A stretch of DNA of 64,000 bases from a bacterium (GTDB taxonomy: Bacteria; Bdellovibrionota_C; UBA2361; CALJRW01): the NCBI GenBank assembly GCA_031385045.1, contig JANNBC010000052.1:64001-128000 (forward strand). The letters are read 5' to 3'. The translations under genes and the position numbers were made by a program. The notes beneath the pieces were generated by a model that saw nothing but the letters and a program-made list of their open reading frames with translations, ran no database searches and was not told the origin of the DNA. Every line of letters starts with the position of its first letter. The first letter of the stretch is position 1. Shown here one piece after another: positions 29,401-39,583 of this stretch.

Positions 29401-32060
29401 AGGGCTACTTGAGCTTCAATTAGATCGAAGCGACTATTACGGAGTCCAACCCAACCATACAATGTTTCAATTTTACCTTTAATTGCTGGCTTATCTAGTG
29501 TTCCTGAAATTGTCAGAGCCCCCTTTAGCTCTGCCTCAAGTAAGCTACTAATTAGAAATAAATTGCGGGAGGCTTTAATCTCAATATTGAGCAATAATTC
29601 ACTGAGGCTTCTAGTGACTGGATTAGATTTTCTTTTACTAAATAAATATTCCTGGATATATTTAATTGCCGTACCAATACCAATTTCTTTGTTAAAGATG
29701 GCTTCATTAACTCGAATTACCCCTTCCAGCACAGGAGTGCGGGACTGATCAAGAGTCATCTTTAATTGGCCTGAGGTTTCCAAATAGAATTCGGAACTAG
29801 GTTCATATTTAAAATTATCATAGTTAAGTGCTAATTCAGAAGTTGCAATATTAAAGGGGTTTATCTGTCCGATTAATTCCACCGGAGAATTGTTGATCAG
29901 GCCACTTATCTTTTGAATGGCAATGGAATTATTAATCAGGGTTACTTTACCTTGGAAGTTTTTCCCTGCAAGATCTTCATTGGCAAAAGTGAATTCTGTA
30001 TTCTTTAGTTCTGCCTTTCCAAGGATTTGAGGCTCACTAAAAGTTCCGCGAAGATTAAGACTAGCTGCGAGATTCCCTCTTAAGTCACTTAGCCAAGGAG
30101 TTAGGATAGTCAGGGCTTTTAATTGTAAATCGCCATTAATATCCAAGTTGAATGTAGAATCTAGGGCGGCACTACCTTTCACTAATATTTCCGAGTTAGT
30201 GCCATGGAGGCCAAGCTTAATTCCGGCAAGGCGGCCTTCAGTGATTTTAATCTGATTTGCTTCGTCAAGTTTTAAAGCATATTGGTTACATCCAATATCT
30301 AATTTACTAATTTTTAAGTCTCCATTTCCAACAGCAAAATTTTGGGGAGCAAAATTATAGTTAGCTTCTAAGGTCGTTTTCAGGCAATCATACTCTGGAT
30401 GATAGTCGCTAGTTTGAAAGTCATTTAATTTAATTTTAAACTGACTATCAGAATAGTTGAGTAAGTCATATTGTAAACTAGCGCTTAGGGACTCTGTTGG
30501 ATTGACTAAGTTTAAGTCAATCAATCCAGAGTCCAATTTAATTTTCCCATTTAGTGCTGATTCGCCAGCAAAGAATTTAGTGCTGAGGCTCAATGTGCCA
30601 TTTCCAACAAGTTTACTAATTTCTGCTGGGCCCGCAATATCCCCTTGACCGCTTAAATTGAAGTCTTGTAGTCGATCAAACTTTTTATTTTGAAAGTTAT
30701 AATTTTTAAAATTATAACTTAACTTTTCTAAGAATAGTTCTTCATCGACAGCTGGTAGTTTAAGCTGTCCAGAGACTTCCATCGTCCCTTGATTATTAGT
30801 GTTGAAGTGTTTTAGGTCGACACTAACTTCTTGATCGATTTTGCTGATTTCCCAATTGGTATTAGGAAACTCAAAGTCATCAATGCTCAGGTTACGTAAC
30901 TGACCTGTCACGTGAAAATTTGGATTGTTAGATTTTCCAGACAGGGCAACTTTGGCTGAGATGTTTTCTAGTTTATAGCGATCAAAAACTAGTGATCCAA
31001 TTTGTAAGTTCACACTTCCAGCCACTCCATTGCGATCAAAGAGGACAGGTTCGCCAACTTTAATTTTAAGATTATCATTAGCGAGACTGAGATCGTCAAT
31101 TTGAAAGGAAGAATCAGGCTCTAAGTGTTTAAAGGCATACTTACTAGTAAAGCTATCAAACGTTAGAGGAGGTATTTGAGGAAGATTAATTGTTAGCTGG
31201 GAGTCAGATGCTAGTGCTAGGTTTCCAGTAATTAGAGCATCTTCAACTTTGCCAGTAGCCTTTGCCGTACCAATCATTTTACCTTGCCAGTCCGCAAGTT
31301 GATAGTCTGTCGAATCAATTTCATAATTAGAATTGAAGTCAAACAGATCTGTAGTTTTAATCAAGTTTCCCTCCAGATTAAAATCTGAAGCTTTTTGGTT
31401 TACTTTAATATCAGAGAATTGTACTTCTTCATGAACAATTTTGACTTTACCATTGGCGTTTCCAACATCTAGCTGATCATTAAAAATGATTGTCCTGATT
31501 TTTGGTTTTAAGACAAAGTCATCCGCCGCATCTCTATGTAGATCTAATTCTCCACCAAGGAAGTCAATTTTTTGGCCAGCAATAGTTTCCTCCGCGCGTA
31601 AGCCCCTAATCCTTAATTCCATTAATTTTACTCGCCAGCGATTAGGATTTTTTAATCTTTCTGGGGATGGTGGTTTAGTTAATTGTTTAATAAATTTGTA
31701 GGTGGCACTTCTCCCTAAAACTCCCGCCGAAAAGCCATCTGTTAGATCCAAGCGTCGAAGATAAACTTTTTTTTGAAAGATTTCTTTAATATCAAAAGTT
31801 AATTTTAGTTTTTCAAATTCTAATCCAATCTTACCGTCTTCTTTAATGCGAGCACCTTCAGCGGAGGCTGATAGGGTGAGTAGCGAGACGTTGAGTTTAT
31901 CAACCTCAAAGGTGCAGGGGCAGGATTTTGCAGTTTCTTCTTCTAAGATTATGATTAATTCTTTGGCGATATAGGATTCAGTTACTTTTACTGCTAGACC
32001 AATTATTAATCCTAGGATAATTCCAGTAATTAAAATTAGATTTTTTTTTGGTCTCTTCAT
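26424..32060 (-). CDS. TamB (AsmA/DUF490)-POTRA-Omp85 barrel fusion protein
   Basis: N-terminal TM helix, long beta-rich TamB-like region, POTRA motifs (Y...GYF.A), YLGGRNSIRGF, SPIGPIGLDFG, terminal Phe. Confidence 0.85.
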   Translation of the reverse strand: MKRPKKNLILITGIILGLIIGLAVKVTESYIAKELIIILEEETAKSCPCTFEVDKLNVSLLTLSASAEGARIKEDGKIGLEFEKLKLTFDIKEIFQKKVYLRRLDLTDGFSAGVLGRSATYKFIKQLTKPPSPERLKNPNRWRVKLMELRIRGLRAEETIAGQKIDFLGGELDLHRDAADDFVLKPKIRTIIFNDQLDVGNANGKVKIVHEEVQFSDIKVNQKASDFNLEGNLIKTTDLFDFNSNYEIDSTDYQLADWQGKMIGTAKATGKVEDALITGNLALASDSQLTINLPQIPPLTFDSFTSKYAFKHLEPDSSFQIDDLSLANDNLKIKVGEPVLFDRNGVAGSVNLQIGSLVFDRYKLENISAKVALSGKSNNPNFHVTGQLRNLSIDDFEFPNTNWEISKIDQEVSVDLKHFNTNNQGTMEVSGQLKLPAVDEELFLEKLSYNFKNYNFQNKKFDRLQDFNLSGQGDIAGPAEISKLVGNGTLSLSTKFFAGESALNGKIKLDSGLIDLNLVNPTESLSASLQYDLLNYSDSQFKIKLNDFQTSDYHPEYDCLKTTLEANYNFAPQNFAVGNGDLKISKLDIGCNQYALKLDEANQIKITEGRLAGIKLGLHGTNSEILVKGSAALDSTFNLDINGDLQLKALTILTPWLSDLRGNLAASLNLRGTFSEPQILGKAELKNTEFTFANEDLAGKNFQGKVTLINNSIAIQKISGLINNSPVELIGQINPFNIATSELALNYDNFKYEPSSEFYLETSGQLKMTLDQSRTPVLEGVIRVNEAIFNKEIGIGTAIKYIQEYLFSKRKSNPVTRSLSELLLNIEIKASRNLFLISSLLEAELKGALTISGTLDKPAIKGKIETLYGWVGLRNSRFDLIEAQVALSPNQPEPILTVLADTNVINRIGEPVYISMEAHGPVNAPQISFDSDANLNQQEILTLLTTRGLYRTRSQSSTSIRERINDYQERKEQGLIKDFFSALTDLDSIAIEPAFNNRSGLIEPSLTRTRQLSNQISLSSETFIGGGSNDTRFVANYDFTPRLRFTALADTANAQKNTALEFNTSLTLLSRNRKYLDTTFKGNLGLSQDAILNHLRLNPSSRLNEPDIAELTERLLKYYKSQGYFNAEVTLSCLAQLKYCQNLELNLDAKEQFKIINIEVIGDQIPDQIFNQTKKVIDSNASQKIKKDFTEELTTRLRSEGYLQARLDTKYLLSANHPQATLIVELELGQPVSFIFTGNQQFSVEELLEKTNLLKSRRLFGNNSLNILVKDIEKIYREAGYLFAVINTNQSLDQDNRLIIEITIIEEKPIQALAVEFKGIEAELLAKLKKSIRKYDQDFADNFFSPKTILDEELENNCYVLSSLLAEEGYPNSKVSYLLNSITDLEYEIVYQFQIPPPEELFLVNITGFPEELEFQNRAEKLSVARINALEESIKSNLIRNAYNDAIVKKTFQKESNQYQILIQAGNPVIIDQVDCVQDKEIECSKIIRIMNLQKDQTASIKSLNAIKANLLKSGLFEEVNLELIKKDSTSNLQDLKIRTIEKQLNSLDLGFGVNSELGFHVFSEAVDRSLFKDGRSLSLRLDQYVDQVTREINQGVAGLRYQDPYFLDKDLKFSSDLGYQKFNNPTLEFELNRIILDQSIQKSWRTLSSTFGYSFLNEQLDNVTPGAVISELDQGTVDLSYLYGNFNLDLRNDSSRPDQGLYFGLDYKLASKTIESDASFYSLLGRASWTAPVLETPFTLANNFALGSAWTYDSTPAIPISQRYYLGGRNSIRGFRENSLGPKGADGAVIGGDLSLSNNLELRYSLNQYLQLHSFYDVGNVFLNQTAISYSDLRESVGLGFRFKSPIGPIGLDFGHPLDRLEGESTWRVHFSVGSAF

Positions 32061-32099
32061 AAATCTATTTTGAGCCTGAAGAGTAGATTAGGTAAGAGA

Positions 32100-32999
32100 T
32101 TATTCGAAAGGTTTTTCGACGCTATGTTTCCAAGCATGATAAGAGCTACGAACCAAAGGACCTGATTCGATAAACTTAAATCCTTTTTGTCGTCCAACGT
32201 CTTCATACTCTTTAAACTCTTCTGGTGTGACAAAGAACTTTACTGGCATCTGCTTGGCAGAGGGGCGTAAATATTGACCAATTGTCATGATATCAACGCC
32301 ACAATCTAGCAAGTCATCCATTAATGCAAAAACTTCTTCTTTAGTCTCACCGAGTCCGACCATGATACCTGATTTAGTTAGTGTTTGGGAACTAAGTTCT
32401 TTTGCCCAGCGAAGGATACTGAGTGATTTAATATAGCCAGCTTTTGGTCTAACTTTGCGATAAAGTCGAGGTACGGTTTCGACATTATGATTTAGGATGT
32501 TGATATTTTCCTTCATGATGATTGCTAGGGCATCTTGATCTCCATTCATGTCTGGAATTAGGAATTCAATTCGACATTCTGGTGCTTGAACTTTGATGGC
32601 TCGAGCAGTTTGTGCAAAATGTCCTGCGCCGTAATCACTTAGATCGTCGCGATCTACTGAAGTTACAACTGCATGTTTTAAACCAAGTCTTTGGATTGCT
32701 GTTGCTACGCGATGTGGTTCGAACTGATCTAAGGCCACTAGATTTTCCGAGGTTCCGTCTTTGACATTACAAAAGTTGCAACGTCTGGTACAGAACTCAC
32801 CCATGATCATAAAAGTTGCTGTGCGATGTGCCCAACATTCTCCGATGTTGGGACACATCGCTTCTTCACATACAGTTACTAAGTTAAGTCCCTTCACTGT
32901 TTCTCTAGTCGCTAGGTATTCCGGAGAGCCAGGTGCTCTGACCTTTAACCAACTAGGTTTAACAATTTGTCCCGGGGTTCTAGGTACTGGAATACTCAT
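32100..32999 (-). CDS. lipA: Lipoyl synthase
   Basis: KPSWL, CEEAMCPNIGECW, CTRRCNFC, RSSYHA. Confidence 0.98.
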   Translation of the reverse strand: MSIPVPRTPGQIVKPSWLKVRAPGSPEYLATRETVKGLNLVTVCEEAMCPNIGECWAHRTATFMIMGEFCTRRCNFCNVKDGTSENLVALDQFEPHRVATAIQRLGLKHAVVTSVDRDDLSDYGAGHFAQTARAIKVQAPECRIEFLIPDMNGDQDALAIIMKENINILNHNVETVPRLYRKVRPKAGYIKSLSILRWAKELSSQTLTKSGIMVGLGETKEEVFALMDDLLDCGVDIMTIGQYLRPSAKQMPVKFFVTPEEFKEYEDVGRQKGFKFIESGPLVRSSYHAWKHSVEKPFE

Positions 33000-33007
33000 T
33001 AGACTTA

Positions 33008-34255
33008 TTAAACTAAAAGCAATGCTGGGAATTCCAGGGCTTCTTTTAAGTGAGCTAAAAATTGTGCCGCTGTTACACCATCAATAATTCGATGATCTAC
33101 GGATAGAGTCACCTTCATTTCTAATCCAATCTTGATTTCTCCATCAATAACAATAGGTTTTTCTTTCATCCCACTGACAGCTAAAATTCCACCTTGGCCT
33201 GGATTGATAATTGCTGTGAAATTCTCCACATCATACATTCCCATATTAGAAATGCTAAATGTGCCTCCAGAAAGATCCGCTGAAGTTGGACGCCCAGCAC
33301 GCGCACGAGAAATCGCGGCTCTTGTTTCAAAAGCCACATCAATCAATTTCATTTGATCGACTTCTTTTAAAACAGGAATTAATAAGCCACCATCAATGGC
33401 GGTAATAATTCCAATATTAATTTGTGCTGGTTGATATAATTGATCACCATGCATCGCAGCGTTTACTCCCGGCTCTTTCGATAGAGCATAGGCAGTAGCT
33501 TTAATTAGAAAGTGGTTAAGGCTCAGGCCTTTAAAGTTTTCTTTAACCTTAAGTCCTTCTCTTAATTTCTTAGCTTCACCCATATTAATGACAGTTGTCA
33601 TGTAAAAATGAGGAGAAACTTGCATTGATTCTTGCATCCGTTTAGCAATTGTTGCCCGCATTTTTGTAAGATCGCTATATTTACCTCCAGTAGATGCTTT
33701 TGCTGGAACAGGAGGTAGTTTTGTTTCATTCACATTGACTACTGACGCACTCGTAACTTGTGGAGCAGGGGTGCCACCTTCTAGATCCTTTTTAACGATT
33801 CGGCCATTTGGACCTGTGCCGTTAATATTAGTTAAATCAATATTATTTTCTTTAGCTATTTTTTTGGCGAGTGGTGAAGCAATTAAGCGATCAGAACCAG
33901 AAGCTTCTAGTGTTGGAGTTGCTACAGTAGGAGCTTGAACTTCCGGAGTTTTCTCAGCAATAACTTCAGCCGCGGGAGTAGAGACAGCAACTGGAGTACT
34001 AGTAGCCACTACTTCTCCAGCTTCACCAAGTATGGCGATTGCTTCACCAACTTTGGCTACGGCACCTGCGGGAATAGAAATTTTTAATAAGGTTCCAGTT
34101 TCAAAGGATTCAATTTCTAAGTTAGCTTTATCTGTTTCAACTTCAGCTAGGATATCACCACGAGTAATTTGGTCACCTTCTTTTTTTAACCAAGCAAGGA
34201 TTTTGCCGGAATCCATCGTATCGCTAAGTTGGGGCATTTTAATTTCTTTGGCCAT
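33008..34255 (-). CDS. pdhC: 2-oxoacid (probably pyruvate) dehydrogenase E2 acyltransferase
   Basis: Lipoyl domain ETDKA, E3-binding [15 protein letters not shown], catalytic DHRIIDG. Confidence 0.9.
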   Translation of the reverse strand: MAKEIKMPQLSDTMDSGKILAWLKKEGDQITRGDILAEVETDKANLEIESFETGTLLKISIPAGAVAKVGEAIAILGEAGEVVATSTPVAVSTPAAEVIAEKTPEVQAPTVATPTLEASGSDRLIASPLAKKIAKENNIDLTNINGTGPNGRIVKKDLEGGTPAPQVTSASVVNVNETKLPPVPAKASTGGKYSDLTKMRATIAKRMQESMQVSPHFYMTTVINMGEAKKLREGLKVKENFKGLSLNHFLIKATAYALSKEPGVNAAMHGDQLYQPAQINIGIITAIDGGLLIPVLKEVDQMKLIDVAFETRAAISRARAGRPTSADLSGGTFSISNMGMYDVENFTAIINPGQGGILAVSGMKEKPIVIDGEIKIGLEMKVTLSVDHRIIDGVTAAQFLAHLKEALEFPALLLV

Positions 34256-34562
34256 AGATCAGTGTTAGTAAAGTGGAGGCTAACTTTATAGGATAATTAG
34301 TGACTAAATTCAAATAAATGGGGCTAAACTCGCTCAGTTTGTTGTCATTTAAGTTGGCGGGATGCTTTTGAAAAATTGTAAATTTCAGAGAGATTTTTAT
34401 TGCTAGGAGTTTTTTTAGTAATATCAGCTAGTTTGCTCATACTCTCTCACTAATATGCTTTGCCTAGCCTGCCGAACTTCTAATAAATAATCTCTTGAAA
34501 GTGGCAACCTAAGGGAGTAGCCTGCTGAAGGTTGAGTTAGTTCTATAAATTTAAAATATTCT

Positions 34563-35123
34563 ATGAAATTACGTTCCTTGTATTTAATGACATTACTTGC
34601 TCCGATTAGCTTTTGCTGGGCCTCTAGTCAGGTTGATGGAGTTGGTGGATTAGTAATTAATGCCGAAGTGCCACAATTCGCAATTAGCTCCTCCACAGTT
34701 GTTACTTGCCAAGGAGGTTTTGTTGCCATTAATGGCTTAGCTCCTGATAATAATACTGCTACTTGTGCCTCAATTAAAAAAATCACTGTTAATGGAACAT
34801 CATTCGACGATCTTGTTGATTTATCAGCAGTTACTAAACCAGATTTCTCGCAAATTAAATCTACTCGAATCCTTTTAGGTGCTGGAAATGATGAAGTGAT
34901 TGGTTCGCAAGCAGCCGATAATGTTTCGGGAAATTCTGGAAATGATGATTTAACCGGCCGTGGCGGAAATGATCGCCTTACAGGTTCTTCCGGAAATGAT
35001 GTTCTAAGAGGTGGTCCTGGCAGTGATGTTCTGCTTGGTGGCTCTGGTAATGATATCATCCGTGGTGGTGGTGGCTTAGATGTTATTGATGCTGGTTCAG
35101 GCCTTGATAATGTCCGACAATAG
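34563..35123 (+). CDS. Small secreted RTX/hemolysin-type Ca-binding repeat protein
   Basis: Signal peptide; tandem GxxGND nonapeptides. Confidence 0.85.
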   Translation: MKLRSLYLMTLLAPISFCWASSQVDGVGGLVINAEVPQFAISSSTVVTCQGGFVAINGLAPDNNTATCASIKKITVNGTSFDDLVDLSAVTKPDFSQIKSTRILLGAGNDEVIGSQAADNVSGNSGNDDLTGRGGNDRLTGSSGNDVLRGGPGSDVLLGGSGNDIIRGGGGLDVIDAGSGLDNVRQ

Positions 35124-35145
35124 TTTACTTTTAAAAATTAACCTT

Positions 35146-35727
35146 ATGAAAATACAAATAGCTTTGATTCTAATTTTAACTAGTATTGTTTCAGCCGAAG
35201 ATGTTTTTGTGCAAAAAGATGGCAATACTTTGTCGGTTCAACAGGGTAGCCGGACAACTGTTGTAGAAGGGGCAAGTCCTCGTGCTGCTGGGCAACTTGT
35301 AGGTGAAGCTGCCAAGGCTGCTTCCGGGATTGGTTTAGGAATTGCCGATGCCTTTGGGGCAAAGACTGGTCAAACTGCCGATGTCCGTTTGGAACGTCGT
35401 GGAGGTTATCGTGGAGAAACAAATCGTATCGTCGTTGATCAGGGTAGATCGCAAGGACAACAAATAGTTGGTGCAAATACTGGACAAATGCCACGCGAGG
35501 AACCGGGTCGCACTATGAGTGGAGTTTACACAATTAGCATTGCTGGATCAGATGGAACAGCCAGTAGTTATCAAGGCGCAACAAATGTGGAGATTTTTAA
35601 AGATGGACAAGTTTATAATGAACAAGCTGGAAGTATTCAGTATACGGGCTCAGTTAAATTTACTTCCATCAATGGTGAACAAAGATCTGGCCGTGGTGTC
35701 ATTGGGTTAGCTAAAGAAATAGATTAA
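35146..35727 (+). CDS. Hypothetical secreted protein
   Basis: Start MKIQIALILIL (signal peptide) at 35146; Gly-rich. Confidence 0.7.
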   Translation: MKIQIALILILTSIVSAEDVFVQKDGNTLSVQQGSRTTVVEGASPRAAGQLVGEAAKAASGIGLGIADAFGAKTGQTADVRLERRGGYRGETNRIVVDQGRSQGQQIVGANTGQMPREEPGRTMSGVYTISIAGSDGTASSYQGATNVEIFKDGQVYNEQAGSIQYTGSVKFTSINGEQRSGRGVIGLAKEID

Positions 35728-35735
35728 CCCCAATT

Positions 35736-35763
35736 TTCCCTAGGTAGAAATCTACCTAGGGAA
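35736..35763. terminator. Hairpin between convergent genes (bidirectional terminator)
   Basis: TTCCCTAGGTAGA-AA-TCTACCTAGGGAA. Confidence 0.6.
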
Positions 35764-35778
35764 TCCTTCTCCTAGTTA

Positions 35779-36561
35779 TTATCTGCTAGACTTTCTTGGC
35801 GCAACCAGCCTTTCTACCAGTGGTCTTTTCTGAATTAAAACAATTAATAAAATTAGGCTAAACAAAGTATATTCCCAATAATTTTTTTTCATCAAAAAAA
35901 TACTAATTGTTCCCACTAAATGTACAACTCTAAGGATGATAATTGGTAAAATATAATTAATGATGGTGATAATATTATTTAAGTTTGGTCGATGTTTGTT
36001 TTTGCTAGCTTTAATAATATTTAGAATGACGGGTGTGCAAGCAAAAATTACAAATAGAATTTGGAGAACAATTTTAGCAATTGGGTAATTAGTTTCTGCT
36101 AACATGATAATCTGAATTGAAGTTGCCGCAAGAAACAAGATTAAGATGATAACTAGCAAGCCCTTGGCGCTAATTAAATTTCTTTTGCTTGGTTTAGAAA
36201 ACTTTGCACAAACTTCCCAAGTCATTAAAAAAACTAAAAAATAAGTAGACCATTTAAAGACTTCTGTTAAATCGATTTTTTCAGTTAGATTATTTAGAAA
36301 AGCATAATGAGGAATTAGAAAAATCAAATAGTCCAAAATTACTGTGCTAGTTAAAAAAACTTTCAGTCGATTTAGATATAGGAAATAGAAGAAGGCTAGA
36401 TGATTATAGTAATTAACCTTTTGGACAAATTTCTGACGGCGTAGCTCCTCTTCCCAGGCTTGTACTTCTGGTGGCAGATTCTTTCGTTGATTTTCTTTCA
36501 GCATCTGCCGAATAACCTTCCCTCCGATCTCATCAAATAAACGTGCTAAGGGACTTTTCAT
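35779..36561 (-). CDS. Hypothetical membrane protein
   Basis: About 6 hydrophobic segments. Confidence 0.65.
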   Translation of the reverse strand: MKSPLARLFDEIGGKVIRQMLKENQRKNLPPEVQAWEEELRRQKFVQKVNYYNHLAFFYFLYLNRLKVFLTSTVILDYLIFLIPHYAFLNNLTEKIDLTEVFKWSTYFLVFLMTWEVCAKFSKPSKRNLISAKGLLVIILILFLAATSIQIIMLAETNYPIAKIVLQILFVIFACTPVILNIIKASKNKHRPNLNNIITIINYILPIIILRVVHLVGTISIFLMKKNYWEYTLFSLILLIVLIQKRPLVERLVAPRKSSR

Positions 36562-36665
36562 TAAAATCGAACAGGAAATTAAAATTATTTGTTTTTATTA
36601 ATCAGATTGATGAGGATCATTAATTGCCTTTTGTGTCACTCCATTTTATTGTTATCACAATTCAT

Positions 36666-37979
36666 ATGAAATCCGATCCACAATACTTAACAGTTACTAG
36701 GCTTTGCCAATATTATAATACCGTACTAGAGCAGTATTGCGGTACTGTTTATTTTGAGGGTGAAATCTCTAGTGTTAACATTGGAGCAAGGCATCATCAT
36801 TATATCAAAATTAAGGATCAAAGCAGTGCGATTTCAGCAATCATCTGGGGCAGTTATGCCGAGACTTTAAAGTTTAAATTAGAAGTTGGGCAGAAAGTAC
36901 TCTGTCAGGGACGTCCCCAAATTTATCCTGCCCGTGGGGACCTATCCACAATTATCACCAGTATTAAATTAGCTGGTCAAGGAGATCTACAACAAAAGTT
37001 TTTGGAATTGAAAGAAAAGCTCCAAGCCGAAGGACTCTTTGATCCCGCGCGAAAAAGAAAATTACCTTTTTTGCCAAATGCCATTGGAATTATCACTTCT
37101 GCAACTGGTGCCGTGATTCATGATATGTCTGTTAAATTTGCAGAACGGTATCCAAGTATTAAACTTTATCTTTATGATGCTCGAGTTCAAGGAGAGGGTG
37201 CTTACCGCGATTTGATTGCGGGACTGCAATATTTCAATCAGCAGAATAATGTTGATTTAATTATTCTAGCGCGTGGTGGTGGTTCATTAGAAGATTTGTG
37301 GAATTTTAATGAAGAAGCTTTGGTGCGAGCAATTTTTGCTTCTAATTTACCAGTTGTATCAGCAGTTGGTCATGAGCCTGATATTTCTTTGTCAGACTTA
37401 GTTGCTGACTTACGCGCTCCAACGCCTACTGCGGCAGCGGAATTTACTGTTCCTAAATTAAAAGATTTAGTTTTGAGCCTAGATCAACAACTTAATCGTC
37501 TAAATCAGTTTGAACGCTGGGTAATAAATTACTGGCAAAAATTTGAATATTTGTCAGAGAAATTTTTTAATTCTAAAAGTAATTATCTTCAAGCCCAACA
37601 GCAACACTTACAGCATTTTCAAAGAGTTTTAAAGTTAGTTGAACCTAGAAATTTAATCTCTAATAAGAAACAACAACTTGTGAATCAGCTTAAAAATTTA
37701 AATACCAATTATCAGAATATTCTGCAGATTAACCAAAGAAAATTTATAATCATTGGTAATTTAGCAGAGCGTTTTCGAAAATCATTAAGTACTCAACAGC
37801 AGTATCTTTTGGAAAAGGAAAAGCACCTAGCCGCTATTAATCCGATCAGTATTTTAGCTCGGGGTTTTAGTATTGTGAAGAATAAGGGCATTTATATTCG
37901 TTCAGTGAGTGAAGTAAGTGCAAATGATCAATTAGAAGTGCAACTAGCAAATGGCACAATTAATGTTATTGTAAAATAG
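36666..37979 (+). CDS. xseA: Exodeoxyribonuclease VII large subunit
   Basis: EGEIS, EGLFD, IITSATGAVIHD, ARGGGSLEDLWNFN, AVGHE, APTPTAAAE; likely start MKSDP. Confidence 0.97.
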   Translation: MKSDPQYLTVTRLCQYYNTVLEQYCGTVYFEGEISSVNIGARHHHYIKIKDQSSAISAIIWGSYAETLKFKLEVGQKVLCQGRPQIYPARGDLSTIITSIKLAGQGDLQQKFLELKEKLQAEGLFDPARKRKLPFLPNAIGIITSATGAVIHDMSVKFAERYPSIKLYLYDARVQGEGAYRDLIAGLQYFNQQNNVDLIILARGGGSLEDLWNFNEEALVRAIFASNLPVVSAVGHEPDISLSDLVADLRAPTPTAAAEFTVPKLKDLVLSLDQQLNRLNQFERWVINYWQKFEYLSEKFFNSKSNYLQAQQQHLQHFQRVLKLVEPRNLISNKKQQLVNQLKNLNTNYQNILQINQRKFIIIGNLAERFRKSLSTQQQYLLEKEKHLAAINPISILARGFSIVKNKGIYIRSVSEVSANDQLEVQLANGTINVIVK

Positions 37980-37987
37980 AGACTATT

Positions 37988-38230
37988 ATGGAAAAAAATA
38001 TAAATATTGAAGGTTTATTAAAGCAGGACTTTGATAAGATTAAAGCAAAGATCAGTTTTGAAACAGGGACGGAGTTACTGGAAGAGCTGATTCAAAAAGT
38101 TGAATCTGGGGAACTTCCCTTGGAGCAGGCGGTTGCTTCCTATGAACTAGGGACTAAGCTTCATCAGCATTTGAAGGGATTATTAGGAGATGCGGAGAAA
38201 AAATTGGAGATTATTAAAGTAAAAGAGTAG
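37988..38230 (+). CDS. xseB: Exodeoxyribonuclease VII small subunit
   Basis: SFE...LEELIQKVESGELPLEQAVASYELG; follows xseA. Confidence 0.92.
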   Translation: MEKNINIEGLLKQDFDKIKAKISFETGTELLEELIQKVESGELPLEQAVASYELGTKLHQHLKGLLGDAEKKLEIIKVKE

Positions 38231-38281
38231 TCCTAACTTTGTCACTTAATTTCAGTGATAGATATGTGATATAGTTTGTAG

Positions 38282-38767
38282 ATGAGAGAAAAAGGCTTCA
38301 CCTTAATTGAATTATTAGTAACTGTTGCCATCCTTGGTATTCTCGGGGCAATGGCAGTAGCCAACTATAACTCATATAAAGAACGACCGATTAATGTTGG
38401 TGTAATTAGTTTGATCAATAATCTTAGACTGGCGGTAGAGGCATCGCCTTATCGCAATCTTTACGCAGCAAAAACACCTTCTCAAGTTTCTATTAATTAT
38501 CTTGCTGGGAATTTTGAGATCGGTATTCCTGGAAACCCTACCTGGCAACAAGCATTACCAGGATTGCCATTGCCTAAAGTGAGTCAGAATTTTCTATTAT
38601 TTTCTGGATTAACTCATGATTATCGAATTGAGGCCTTTGACTGTGAGGACTATAAATTAAACCCGACTACATATCGTGGTTTTCAATATGCGTCAGAACA
38701 TATGGCCGCAGGACATTCTAGTGAAATATCTGAATGGAGTTTTTATGGGTTTGAGGGTTATTGTTAA
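38282..38767 (+). CDS. Type IV pilin-like protein
   Basis: Prepilin motif MREKG/FTLIEL followed by a hydrophobic helix; two C-terminal Cys. Confidence 0.9.
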   Translation: MREKGFTLIELLVTVAILGILGAMAVANYNSYKERPINVGVISLINNLRLAVEASPYRNLYAAKTPSQVSINYLAGNFEIGIPGNPTWQQALPGLPLPKVSQNFLLFSGLTHDYRIEAFDCEDYKLNPTTYRGFQYASEHMAAGHSSEISEWSFYGFEGYC

Positions 38768-38770
38768 ATA

Positions 38771-39217
38771 TCACTTATCTACAACAGTCTTTGATTTTCT
38801 TCTTAGTAGTTCACAATGAATAATCATGCCAAAAAAAATAGCGTTAAAACCAGAAATGCTTGCTTCTGATTCCCCTTTACTGACACCTATTATAATTAAC
38901 AACGATCCAATAATCAGGAAGAATAACTCTGCAGCAAATAAGTTTGGGGTTGATATCAGGTGTTTTGTTTTAGCTTTATCCTCTCCAAGGATCAGTTTTT
39001 TGGCGATGATAAAGAAGCTGTATCCTATAATAGCTGGCACAGCGAGCATTATCAGAAATATACCTAATTTTTCTGGCTCACTCGGAAAATTTGGCGTGAA
39101 TAAGCGAGAGAGGATAAAGAGCATTGCTATCAAGCATGTCATACTAACAGCTGCTGACAGAATTCCAACAAATATCATTATGAATCTTGGTGGCTCATTT
39201 TCGTACATAGTTGGCAA
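38771..39217 (-). CDS. Hypothetical membrane protein (4 TM)
   Basis: Hydrophobic 148-aa ORF. Confidence 0.6.
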   Translation of the reverse strand: MPTMYENEPPRFIMIFVGILSAAVSMTCLIAMLFILSRLFTPNFPSEPEKLGIFLIMLAVPAIIGYSFFIIAKKLILGEDKAKTKHLISTPNLFAAELFFLIIGSLLIIIGVSKGESEASISGFNAIFFGMIIHCELLRRKSKTVVDK

Positions 39218-39341
39218 GATTTTATACCAATAAATTGAATCACTACGTCAGGAGTATCTAGGCCTTAATTCCTATTACTTCGTAATAGAATTAAGAGTAA
39301 GGCCAATAAAATAAATTACTTCGTAATTCATTTTAAATGCA

Positions 39342-39388
39342 CTTTCATGTTACTAATTGTGCCGATGGCACAATTAGTAACATGAAAG
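39342..39388 (-). terminator. 22-bp perfect hairpin abutting the tRNA-Cys 3' end
   Basis: CTTTCATGTTACTAATTGTGCC-GAT-GGCACAATTAGTAACATGAAAG. Confidence 0.55.
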
Positions 39389-39459
39389 GCCCGAGTGGGA
39401 GTCGAACCCACGAATGATGGTTTTGCAAACCATTGCCTTAGCCACTTGGCGATCGAGCC
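39387..39459 (-). tRNA. tRNA-Cys (GCA)
   Basis: Cloverleaf GGCTCGA...TCGGGCC-T; anticodon loop TTGCAAA; GTTCGACTC T-loop; CCA not encoded. Confidence 0.96.
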
Positions 39460-39583
39460 GATACTCTATAGAGTATATAAAAATTCTAATTTTTAGCAAA
39501 TCAGATAAATTTAAATTTAATTGCCCAGCTCTTGGCTGAAGATTTTACTCCTTGGTCAGTGGACAGCAGATTATTAATAAAAA

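Noticed and set aside
39387..39459. Prophage or integrative element at tRNA-Cys (and at tRNA-Arg)
   Set aside because: No integrase, phage genes or direct att repeat seen in the window
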